Positions 39,801 through 52,400 of a DNA stretch of 64,000 nt are shown piece after piece. The notes under the pieces were generated by a model, which did no database searches, was not told the origin of the DNA, and saw nothing but the letters and a program-made list of their open reading frames with translations. The stretch's first letter is position 1. Every line of letters starts with the position of its first letter. A program made the translations under genes and the position numbers. The stretch covers positions 61,840,150 through 61,904,149 of the forward strand of contig NC_068987.1 of the NCBI RefSeq assembly GCF_001194135.2, read 5' to 3'. Source of the DNA: Octopus bimaculoides. Lineage: Eukaryota.

Positions 39801-41610
39801 NNNNNNNNNNNNNNNNNNNNNNNNNNNNNNNNNNNNNNNNNNNNNNNNNNNNNNNNNNNNNNNNNNNNNNNNNNNNNNNNNNNNNNNNNNNNATATAAAA
39901 GAGAGATTCTGTCTGCTTGTTTGTTTGTTTGTCCAGCAAAATGAAAGTAAATTGTTCAAGGGAAGCTATTATGCTTTTTCTATATATATATATATATATA
40001 TTTAAAATCGAAATTCTGTCTCTTTCTTTCTCCTGCAAAATGAAAATACCTGGTTGAGGGGAAGCTATTATACTATTGCCTAATTTGTCTCAACAAAAAT
40101 TATGCGATTGCACAACGCTAATTGTGCACAAACTTATGAAGAACTGCATTGAGGCAAATATTCTCACTGTCTGTGGTAAAGGTGACACCGTCTTCATTCC
40201 TTGCATACCATTCCAATTTAAGCTGTTACAGTTTCCTATCCCACTTTCTTTTACCATGAGCATTAATAAAATTCAGAGCCAAACACTAAAAGTTGCTGGG
40301 TTGCAACTTGAAGAACCATGCTTTTCACATGGCCCACTTTATGTAGGAGTATCATGTGTGGGAGTAAAAACAAATCTTTTTGCTTATGCACCCCGAAATA
40401 AAACAAAAAAAACATTGTTTATAAAGAAATGTTCACTCTTAATGCAACATGAATACTTCAATAACTTAATTTGTTTGACATCGATCTTTTTTCTACTTCA
40501 ATTATTACATGTTTTCTCTTATAAATTACACACATACAGGAGGAGTAAATCTAAGTCTGTAGGGGTAGTCTCAACCTGGTTCAGATTCAAAACTGTATGT
40601 TTCAATTCTTCTCTGCCATACGGCCTATTCAAATGTCAAAAGAAACCATGACAAATGGGTGTTCTACTTGACTTGTGGCCTTTTCAGTGCCATTGCGCGG
40701 TCACCTGCATTCCGTAAAGCTATTCTTCTATATGATATAGCTATTCTTCTACCTTCATTCACATTGAAACCGAATCTTTCAATTCTCCTTCTTCAGTTAT
40801 TACATATTTTTAAGAACCATGCTTTTCACATGGTCAGTTTTATGTAGGAGCATCACGTGTAGGAGCAAAAACAAATCTTTTTTGCTTATACGCCGTGAAA
40901 TAAAACAAAAAAACATTGTTTATAAAGAAAAATTCACTCTTAATACAACATGAATACTTCAATAACTTAATTTGCCATTACTATTATTACATTCAAGAAT
41001 GACTAAATTCCATTTTTCAGTGAACTGTATTATATAATTGCCATTTATTATTGTCATATAAATAATAAACAAACAAAAGTTCATATTTGAAATCAATCTT
41101 TTTTCTACTTTAATTATTACATGTTTTCTCTTATAAAATACACACATACAGGAGGAGTAGATCTAAATCTGTAGTGATAGTCTTACCCTGCTTCAGATTC
41201 GAAACTTTATGTAGGAGCATCACTTGTAGGAGCAAAAGCAAATCTTTTTGCTTATGCATCCTGAAATAAAACAAAAAGCATTGTTTATAAAGAAATATTC
41301 ACTCTTAATGCAACATGAATACTTCAATAACTTAATTTGCCATTACTATCATTACATTCAAGAATGAAATCGATCGTTTTTCTACTTCATTTATAACATA
41401 TTTTTCTCTTATAAAAATGCACACATACAGGAGGAGTAAGTTATATATATAAATAGCAGAGATATCAAGCGTTGCTCAGGAGTGAAATGGCATATTTGTT
41501 TATTCTTATCTTTTACTTGTTTAAAACATTTGACTCATTCTATTGGTCTCTTTTGTGAAGCTGCTAACTTATGGGGACGTAAACATACGAACATTAGTTG
41601 GCAAGCAATG

Positions 41611-41661
<51 letters not shown>

Positions 41662-42904
41662 NNNNNNNNNNNNNNNNNNNNNNNNNNNNNNNNNNNNNNN
41701 NNNNNNNNNNNNNNNNNNNNNNNNNNNNNNNNNNNNNNNNNNNNNNNNNNNNNNNNNNNNNNNNNNNNNNNNNNNNNNNNNNNNNNNNNNNNNNNNNNNN
41801 NNNNNNNNNNNNNNNNNNNNNNNNNNNNNNNNNNNNNNNNNNNNNNNNNNNNNNNNNNNNNNNNNNNNNNNNNNNNNNNNNNNNNNNNNNNNNNNNNNNN
41901 NNNNNNNNNNNNNNNNNNNNNNNNNNNNNNNNNNNNNNNNNNNNNNNNNNNNNNNNNNNNNNNNNNNNNNNNNNNNNNNNNNNNNNNNNNNNNNNNNNNN
42001 NNNNNNNNNNNNNNNNNNNNNNNNNNNNNNNNNNNNNNNNNNNNNNNNNNNNNNNNNNNNNNNNNNNNNNNNNNNNNNNNNNNNNNNNNNNNNNNNNNNN
42101 NNNNNNNNNNNNNNNNNNNNNNNNNNNNNNNNNNNNNNNNNNNNNNNNNNNNNNNNNNNNNNNNNNNNNNNNNNNNNNNNNNNNNNNNNNNNNNNNNNNN
42201 NNNNNNNNNNNNNNNNNNNNNNNNNNNNNNNNNNNNNNNNNNNNNNNNNNNNNNNNNNNNNNNNNNNNNNNNNNNNNNNNNNNNNNNNNNNNNNNNNNNN
42301 NNNNNNNNNNNNNNNNNNNNNNNNNNNNNNNNNNNNNNNNNNNNNNNNNNNNNNNNNNNNNNNNNNNNNNNNNNNNNNNNNNNNNNNNNNNNNNNNNNNN
42401 NNNNNNNNNNNNNNNNNNNNNNNNNNNCTTGCTTTCCCCACTCTCGCCTCCCCCACCTCTCAACACCATCATATCACACCACACAACACTACACCATACC
42501 ACACAACACATCACATCACAATACATCACCACACACACACCAACACTGACCAATTCCCAGCCCCACATTTTCACACCTACACACATACGTCAAGATCACC
42601 AGCCCTATTCCACATGCACATGCAAACTCTCTTATACACATGCACATGCACCTTCGTTTTGGGATCACCACCACTTTATTATCTCCCCTTCTTCCTAGCT
42701 CTCCTGTGTGACCCTTTTGTCTCGCATTTATTCTCACTGTTTGATACCAATGTGTCTGTGTGTGTGTGTATGCTCATGTATATGTATACATGCATGTGTT
42801 TATATGTATAGACATTTATGTATATGTACATATATATATATATATATATATATGCATGTATGTGTATCTATATATGTGTGTGTGTTTATGTATGTGTATA
42901 AATA

Positions 42905-42937
<33 letters not shown>

Positions 42938-45197
42938 GATTTAGTTTTGTACTTTCATAAATAATTTAAACAAATGTAACATATTTGTTGCTCTTTCATG
43001 TTCAAATATCTATCACCATTTCATTATGTAAGTTAATCTGCTTCAAATCCACTTAGTATTTAGGTTGGTGACTACTTAAGAAAATTCAGTACTATGTGAG
43101 CCATATATTGCTTCATTTGATCAAAACCCACAATTGAGTGGGTGCAAATGTTTAGTGACCTGTGAAGTTTCGCTTTAGTTAGAGTTATTTTGCAAGATAA
43201 TAATTACACTTACATGCGTGGTGGACAAAAATATTTATTAGCTTTGCACAATACATTATTTCATTAATTCCTGTTGATATAGATTTTTCTGTTGTTGCTT
43301 AGTTCCAGGTTAATGCTGATCAAATAAACCTCTGGTTAAGGTTATTCTAGCCATGACCATCCTTTTGCACATAGTTTCACAGTTTGTTTGGTGTAATTGA
43401 ATATTAGATGTAGGCATGGGTGTGTGCTTAAGTAGTTCAATCTTCTGATTTTGGGTTTGGCCCCACTGTATTGATGCCGTTGACTGGTGTGTTTCTATTA
43501 TAGCCAGTACTCAGGGAGTGAAATTGATAGGTAGTAAATGTAGAAGCTTGTTTTATGTGTGTGTGAGTGTGTGCGTGTGTTGTGTGTGTGTGTGTGCATG
43601 CACACACATGTATGTATGTATGTATGTATCTATCTGAATGTGTGCATGTATACCTTTATCTTGATATGGTGAAAGGGCATGGCTTAGTGGTTAGAATATC
43701 TGGCTAACAATCATAATACCATGAGTTCAATTCTCAGTAGTGCATTGTGTTCTTGAGCATGACACATTATTTCTCATTGCTCCAGTTTGCTCTGCTAGCA
43801 AAAATAAGTTGTACCTGTAATTCAAAGGGCCAGCTTTGTCTCTTTTTGTGTCAAACTGAATTCTTCTGGAAACTACATTATAGAAGTGCATGTTTGTGGA
43901 GTGCTCAACCACTTGCATGTTAATTTCATGAGCCAGCTGTCCATTGACTAGATTAACTGGAACCTTCATTGTCATAACTGATATAGCAGAGGGAAACTGA
44001 AAGAAGCTCATTTTGTATATGTACATACAAATATATACATGTTTGTATATCCTTGTCTTGACATCATGTTATGGTCGTAAATGAGCACCATTCATTTCCC
44101 TTCTCCAGTGGAAAACATGGGATCTTTACCCTTTGAACGGCAGATCGAGAAATTAATGTTTTGTAACTAAACACTTTCAAACTTCGGACACTGGTAGAAT
44201 GTGTCATATAAAACATCTTTTACTCTTAGTGTTGTTGAGAAAAGTTTGTATTTTCAAAGTTATTTTGTGTTAAAGTTGTCCTATTTCGGTAATTTCAACC
44301 AATCAATGACGTGTATTCAGCTGAATAAAATTACTGTTGTTTGTCAACAACAACTTCCAGTGGTGTATATTTCGTTTGTCACTGTTATTTATGATATATT
44401 TCATCTCAGTTACGTTTGTATGAATAAACGAGTGTATCTGAAGCATGTTTACTTCATGGTACCACCACAATCGTTTGTGCATTTCTAGTGCTTTTAGTTT
44501 TTTTTCCTGATTTTCAGCTACTATTTTCGGAAAGACTTTTTTGCCTGCCTCCCTCTCCAATTTCTTCATTTTTCACTTTTTTCCATAACTCTAACCCTAA
44601 CATCCGAACCCTAATCCTAACCCTAACACCTTAACCCTAACCCTAAAACCCTAACCCTAAAACCCTAACCCTAAAATCCTTACCCTAACGCTAAAACCCT
44701 AACCCTAACCCCCTAACCCTAACCCTAAAATCCTAAAGCTAAAACCAGTGCAAACACACAAACGATGTCATAAATAACAGTGACAAACGAAATATGCACC
44801 GCTGATAGTTGTTGTTGACAAAGAACAGCAGTAATTTTATTCAGCTGAATACACGTCATTGATTGGTTGAAATTACCGAAATACGACTACTTTATAACGA
44901 AATAACTTTGAAAATATAAACTTTTCTCAACAACACTAAGAGTAAAAGATGTTTTATATGACACATTCTACCAGTGTCTGAAGTTTGAAAGTGTTTAGTT
45001 ACAAAAAATTAATTTCTCGATCTGCCGTTCAAAAGGAAAAGATCCAAAACATGTCTGGTCATGGGCATCTATTACCTTGCATAGAAACAGATAAAGGTTG
45101 ATGTTGAGAAGGGTATTCAATTGTAATAAAAAAAGAACCCTATCCCAATGTAGTCATGTCTGACCTATGCAAAAATAGAAAATTAAATAAGATGATG

Positions 45198-45233
<36 letters not shown>

Positions 45234-45641
45234 TGAGTATCTGTGTGTGTTTGTGTGTATGTGTGTGTTTCCTTATCTTTACATCACATGTTAATTGCCA
45301 ACACCGTCTCTTTCAGTCCAGAATAAAAAGTTGGCAGATCGGCTTATTAGATGTATAGTAATGATATGCCAAAATTACAATAATCTAGAGCAATTATAAC
45401 TGCCTCTCCTAAAAAGAAAGACTCAAAAAAATGTCCTTCATAGATTGAATGGAAAAAACAGAACTTTAACACTAGGGTATTTTAAATGAGAAGGTGCATT
45501 TATCAGTTAAGGGAGGATGTTTTTATTCAGTCCTGTCATTGTGCCTAGTTTAAGAGCTCTATTAATTAATAATGATTTCATGAAATAATTACTGAAAACA
45601 TTTGAGGTTAATGATAATAATAATAATGATGATAATAATAA

Positions 45642-45696
<55 letters not shown>

Positions 45697-46275
45697 TGTG
45701 CACCAAATCCCAGAAAGAGTTACTGAGAATGGGAATTGCAAAATCCTGTGGCATGAAATGATTCAGAGTGACCATCAGATTAAACATCAAAAACCTGACA
45801 TTATTGTAATGAACAGAAAATAAAAAAAACATGCCTGATAATTGATATGATATGGTGAATTGAAGTGGGAAATATGCAGGTTGTGGGCAATAAAGAAATT
45901 GGACATCATGTCAATAGTGGTTGGTGCCTTTGGAAGTATCAGTACCCAATTACCAACATGGCTCCAAAAGTTTGGAACAAATATAAAGTTAGAACACCTA
46001 CAAAATCATCATTGCTTGGAATTGCAAGAATCCTCCACAAGGTTCTTGATATAAAAATTCTTTTTTGACATTCTCTTCCAGATAGATTAGTTTCATCAAC
46101 TTTAAAAATATATTTCAAGGAACTGGAACAACTTTCCCAGTTTTAGCTAAATGCAGCACAAATTCTCCTGCAAATTTCTTATTATTTGATCCATTTTTTA
46201 CAATGAAATTATATATTACATACAATGATTTACTTCTTGAATTTTTCAAGCCATCACTTACAGTCTGTTGAAGTT

Positions 46276-46373
<98 letters not shown>

Positions 46374-46569
46374 ACACACACGCACACACATGTATATGTA
46401 TATATCTGTGTGTGTGTGTGTGTAAAGGGTGAAATGCATGTGATTCTGAGATGCCTGCTGATGGTACAGTAAGTTTCCAGAATTGCAATGGATTTAGAAG
46501 AGCTTGCAAAAGCTCTTAGTAGTTCTTGCAGTTTCTGCATGAGGCATAGTTTCTCTGATATTTACTTTA

Positions 46570-46613
<44 letters not shown>

Positions 46614-49404
46614 GAGGTATACACACACATATACTCTCATAGCCTCACACATATAATATTTATGTCTATTCATATATATATATATATATATATTTGGATT
46701 TTATGTATGCTCTCTCCCACTTAGTTTTAATATGTTGCCACATTTGTAATATGTCTTTTTCTGCATTTTTTCGTGCAGCTGAAGATTGCTCTTCATATTG
46801 CATTTAAGGTAATGCTCACATTACTTAAATAAATTGAAGTAGCATGAAACATGCGTACTGCAATCACTTTTGAAATCCGTGTTGCTTATTGTTTGATTTT
46901 AATCACNNNNNNNNNNNNNNNNNNNNNNNNNNNNNNNNNNNNNNNNNNNNNNNNNNNNNNNNNNNNNNNNNNNNNNNNNNNNNNNNNNNNNNNNNNNNNN
47001 NNNNNNNNNNNNNNNNNNNNNNNNNNNNNNNNNATATATATATATATATATATATGTATATACTAGCAGCTAAACCTGGTTTCACCCAGTTGGTTTGGAT
47101 TATGTGGCTGTAAAACCTGCTCTGTGCAAGCATTCGACTTGTTTGGGCACACTTACATTAAAAAACAATTTTAGAATGACTTTTTTCTGTCTTAACGCTA
47201 AAAATAACTGACCAACAACAAGAAAAAAGAACCAACCAAGATTCAACCAAATCAAAAAATAGTCCTAAATACTAAGTGAACAAAGATGAAGCATCCCATT
47301 TCCATTGCACACACACACACACACACACACAAACAAACACACACACACATGCATGCATACACACACACATTCATATACCCCCCTTTACATACACACACAT
47401 ATTCACACACGCTCACCCCTTCCTTTCTCATTCATAAACACAAGAGTATTATTATAGTAAATTATCTTGGTAACCATGGGATCTATGAAAAAAATACAAA
47501 GCTCAGCTTCACCACTGGATCATTCTACAGATCTGTGTAATTTTTCGTGCAATTCCACCCAGCCGTTTGACCGTGAATCCCAAGACGAGAAAGAATCGCC
47601 CATGTCAAATTTATTTGTGTATATATATATATATATATATATATTTTCTACTCTTGTTCTGAATTTAGGTAGTCTTCAGATCAGTAACTTTTTAATTGAT
47701 CCTGGGAGAATACAACGTACAGTTCGTGAGCAGAGAATTAACATCACTCCTTCAGCTCTTGCAGAGTTACAGAATGCATCCATTAATCTCATGTCTTTTG
47801 TTAAAATGGTAAGTTTTGTAAAGTATAAAGTTACTTTAATTCTAATATTTTCTAAGTGTGAATGTGTGTTCATGTTATGGAACAAAGTAAAAGGAAAACT
47901 TTGGGAACTTTAATGATTATGTTAAAAAATACCACAAGGAGTTAAGTGGTGATTATAGAAGATATATTTGTGGCACAATGAATAACATATTTGTTCTACA
48001 ATAGATGACATAGGATCAAGCTTCTTGGAATTCTGCAATACAAATATAAACATTTGTTACAATAGTACAAAGTTTAGAAAACAAGCAAGCCAGTCAGCTG
48101 ATTCATTTACCACTCCTTTTAGCATGAGGACCTAAACTGATTTCGCACCTATAAGAATTTGATGTGGCCTGATGGTTGTAAATACTGAATTCTTACCTGT
48201 GGAGGATTATGAGGATTATAATTATGGACCTCAGCATAAATTATGAGAGAATGTAACTCAAATGATTTAAGTTAAAGATGAGACAGATTTGGAAGTAAAA
48301 TATTTTGCTTCCAAATCTGTGTCTGTCTCAGGGAAAGTACAGAAGTTGAAAATGATGCCTGATATGTGATGGAATTTTCTAACATTATTAGGTGATACTT
48401 AATTAAAGGATGATGATGATGTTCTATCCAATCCAAACAATCATTTTTTTTTTTATATTTAATATTTGTGGTCACAATTAAAAATTGTTGTATTGCTGTC
48501 ATTCATTTTTTTAAAGTTGTTGAGAGGAGAATGTGAATGTATTGAATCATTCAGAACTTTTGTAACTGCCCATTGTAATGTTGTTGAGGCAGAAAGGGGT
48601 ATGACTATTAAGAGATTTGGTTGCAGTTTTTAGCAGGTCGAACAACCACATCGAAGACAATGGAGTTTCCTTAGCTTGGCATGTTGAGAAATTTCTTCCT
48701 CATCGGAGTGTTGCATATATTTTAATCGGTTGACATGCAGTTTAAAAGTAAGAAAAAAAATATGACTGATAGTAACGAGTGTATGACAAAAGTCTCATAG
48801 TTAAAGTGTGAATCAAGTGGCTATCATTTGATGCATCCCTTCTGAGGTTTGACATTCTTCAGCAAACCATACTCAACTAGATTCATACTTTCTGGCAATA
48901 ACTTTCACTTACTTTGAAATTTGTGATGATAAAAACAAAACTAGGGTCATGCAGATTAAGAAATATCTAATTTGAGAATTACAGGCTAATGTAGTTAATT
49001 AAGAAAATAAGAAAATGACATCCATTCATCTCTTGATACAGAACTTGTATTTTTTTTTACAATGAAGACTTATTTAATGAAGAACTTTATTCTACAAAAA
49101 TGAGCTAAAAATACTTTGGAATCTGAACTTCAAGAGTTTTTAATGCATTCAAATGATAATAATAGCTTGCATACATTTGATTTTCATAATCATCTTTCTG
49201 TAGACATGTGTTTTTGGCAACTGTTATTTAACTCATGAAAACAGAAACATCAAAATTACTTTATTCACATCAAATCATATTATCAAAAGCCCTTTGATCC
49301 TAATGAAGCATAGGCCATCGATGACTTTTCTCCACTCTTCTTGATTCTGGGCTGTAATGCCTTCCACTTTCAGTTCTTACTAGTTTGAATGTCATTGGTA
49401 CCTC

Positions 49405-49446
<42 letters not shown>

Positions 49447-52400
49447 AGGTAGGTAGTGTTGGCCCTGCCCCTACACAAACCCATTTTTACCTCTGGAAAG
49501 AAGTAGTCCATATTAATCTGGCCTCTATCCTTTGACCTGTCCAATATAGGAGACCCTATCAAAAGCTTGTGCTGAACCTTGAGATAGACATCAAATCATA
49601 TAAAGGTTCAAATTTATGCTGCATTTCATTCAGGGAAATTAATTTATGCAATTAACCGAAAGTGATGCTATATGCATATTAACTGATCAATTTTATATAG
49701 ATTTGATGCTAAATGGTTTGTTGTTTAAAATTATGCAGTTAACCAAATCATGCAGTTATCTAGTTTGCAACTGAGCAGAAATGGCCATACTTCATAAAAT
49801 CAAAGATTTCAATGATAATTTACCAAAGTTTGGAGTCATCAGATTCATCATCACCATTGCCACTACTACTATTTCCAACTATTTAAAATTTTCCCTTTTA
49901 ACTAAAGTAACTGATATAATTTTATTATTACAAACAATTTAATTCTAGTGTAAATGATTATTGACTTAAAATAGAATGGTAGTATTTATTTCTAGGTTCT
50001 GCAGAATTGCCAATTATTGAAATAGCTTTTACTCACCTCTTGTTAACTCAAGTTTATATGAAAGAACATTAGTTTGAAAGAAGAAAAAAAAAGAAAAAGA
50101 ATAAAGCTTACTTTTTCTATTTCATTTTAAGTCAAACTAATGTTAAATCATTAATATTTCAATGTAGACCTCGTACATTTAGTTCAATAGATTTTCTCAA
50201 TTGATTTCCCTTAAACTTGATAAATAAACATTTGGTAAATGTAGAAAACAAATCAAAAGGATTCTAGCAGAGTATTGAATTTCTCATTCCTTACCCATAA
50301 GAACCGAAAAGATTACTAAGGAGCTATTTTATTGATTCTTTTTTAGTGGGCTGAGGATACTTAAGTAGTTTTATAGAACCTCTTGTCTTGTTAGTTATTG
50401 GACTTCTTAAGCTGGCAGAAAACACTGATATTTTTCCTATGGCTCAAGTTACTTCCTGTCAAAAGTAGTCAATAAGATCCCTGTTAAAGCCATAGATTTT
50501 GCAAATAAGATTAAGACGTGTCAAGTTCAATACATTGAAGACCATATGGTGGCTTTCCCCCTTTTATGTGAAATCATGAAAACTTTCCATTTAACATGAA
50601 AACTAATCTTCTTTCCACATTTGTATTGATAAATACTGATGCTTTCTTCATAAATTTGATGAAAACGAATGTCATATATCACTTAGTTTTTGAAGTGATA
50701 TCAACAGTAATAATTACGTTTTCTTCATATATATGATTAAAACAAATGTTTTATATCACTGAACTTATTAAAATATATGATTTGTATGACTGTGCATATG
50801 TAATAATATCAGGAATGAATATGCTTTCTTCATATATTCTGAATAAAACAAGTGTTGTACACAGATGTCTCAAAAGTGAGTGGCCACCATATTTTTATTT
50901 TATAGGGTTTATTAGTTTCAAACTTGGCAGAAGGCCAGCAGTTTTGGGGAAGAGCCAAATTGATCCCAGTGCTCAACTGGTTCTTATTTTGTTGACTCCG
51001 AAAGGATGAAAGGCAAAGTCAACCTCGGTGGAATTTGAACCTAGAATATAAGGACAAATGAAATGCTGCTAAGCATCTCACCCGACATGCTAACAATTCA
51101 GCCAGTTCACCACCTAATTTAAAGATTTATATTGAGAAACAATAATGTCATTTGATGCATTTAAATACCTAATGTGGTATTTAGTAGACATATCTTGTGC
51201 AGTTTTCAATGGTATCATTTGGGCATTCTACTAATGAGTAGTGTCCAAAAAGGTAAAAACATTATAATGCAGGGTGTCTATTTACTTTTGAGGTGTCCGT
51301 ATATCACTGAGCTTATGAAATATGTATTAAAACATAGTTTACATCACTGAGCTTGTGAAATATCAACAACAATTATGTTTTCTTCATATATCTGCTTAGA
51401 ACATGTTTTATATCACTGTGCATATATTAAATAATATCAGCAATAATTATTTGGATCAATAAAGGATCAGTATTATTTTTTTCAGTTTATAATTCCAAAT
51501 TGATAAAAAAAGAAACTATTAAAACAAATGTTTTTATAAACCAAGGCTGAAATTAAAACTTATCTTAGAATTCAGTAAAGACTGATGTTCAAATGAATAG
51601 TTCTAGTTTTATTGGATTTTAGATTTCAGTTGTAATATTTATTTAATCTTTTCTTTCTGTTTTCAAACTTACCAATTTGAAATTTCCAAAGTAACTGATA
51701 AAAAAAGACTAAAATTTCTCACCCCGTGAAATTTAAATTTTCAAGAATGTTAAGACAATATTTAGACAAGAGAAGCTATTGCATAGTTTTTGCTGAAATA
51801 GTCTTATTAGTAAAATAACATATCTATAACGATATAACTGAATAATAACAGTATTCTATCCAATGTACAAGGAATAATAAATGTTTTTCATTATGGAGTT
51901 GGGAGTAATTAACTTTTCAGAATAAGAATAGCAAGATAAAAGCTATAATTAAAGTATTGCAGTTTAATTATTATCATTGCAATTAGTATGCTCATAAAAC
52001 ATAATGTTTGTATATGGAAAATATTAATAGATTTATGAATAAGAAATATTGTAAAAAAGAAAAAAAATCTCAGCTTTCGAGTTCATTAATGCAATACTGA
52101 AGATAATTGCACACAGAGGATAGTGAATCAATTCAGACTGAGGCAAAGCAAGCCTAAAATGAGCATAATTCAATGGAATAAAACTGAACATTACTTATGA
52201 TATGGAGCCAATTATCTGTGGTGATGCTTATATTTTGGCAAATGGAATCAGAAACTCAGTTTTATTTGTCTGTTAGTATCTGCTTATTGCACTGATTCCC
52301 ACTGGAACAGCATTAATGTTACATTTTATAGTTTATAATAAAGCAACACAAAGCAATTGTATTTTCCCAAAAGTAAGTTTTCAAATTTGGTGCATGAAGT

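Noticed and set aside
44587-44745. True chromosome end or fusion site
   Set aside because: The array is short, degenerate, single-orientation and enclosed by TIRs and a TSD inside an intron.
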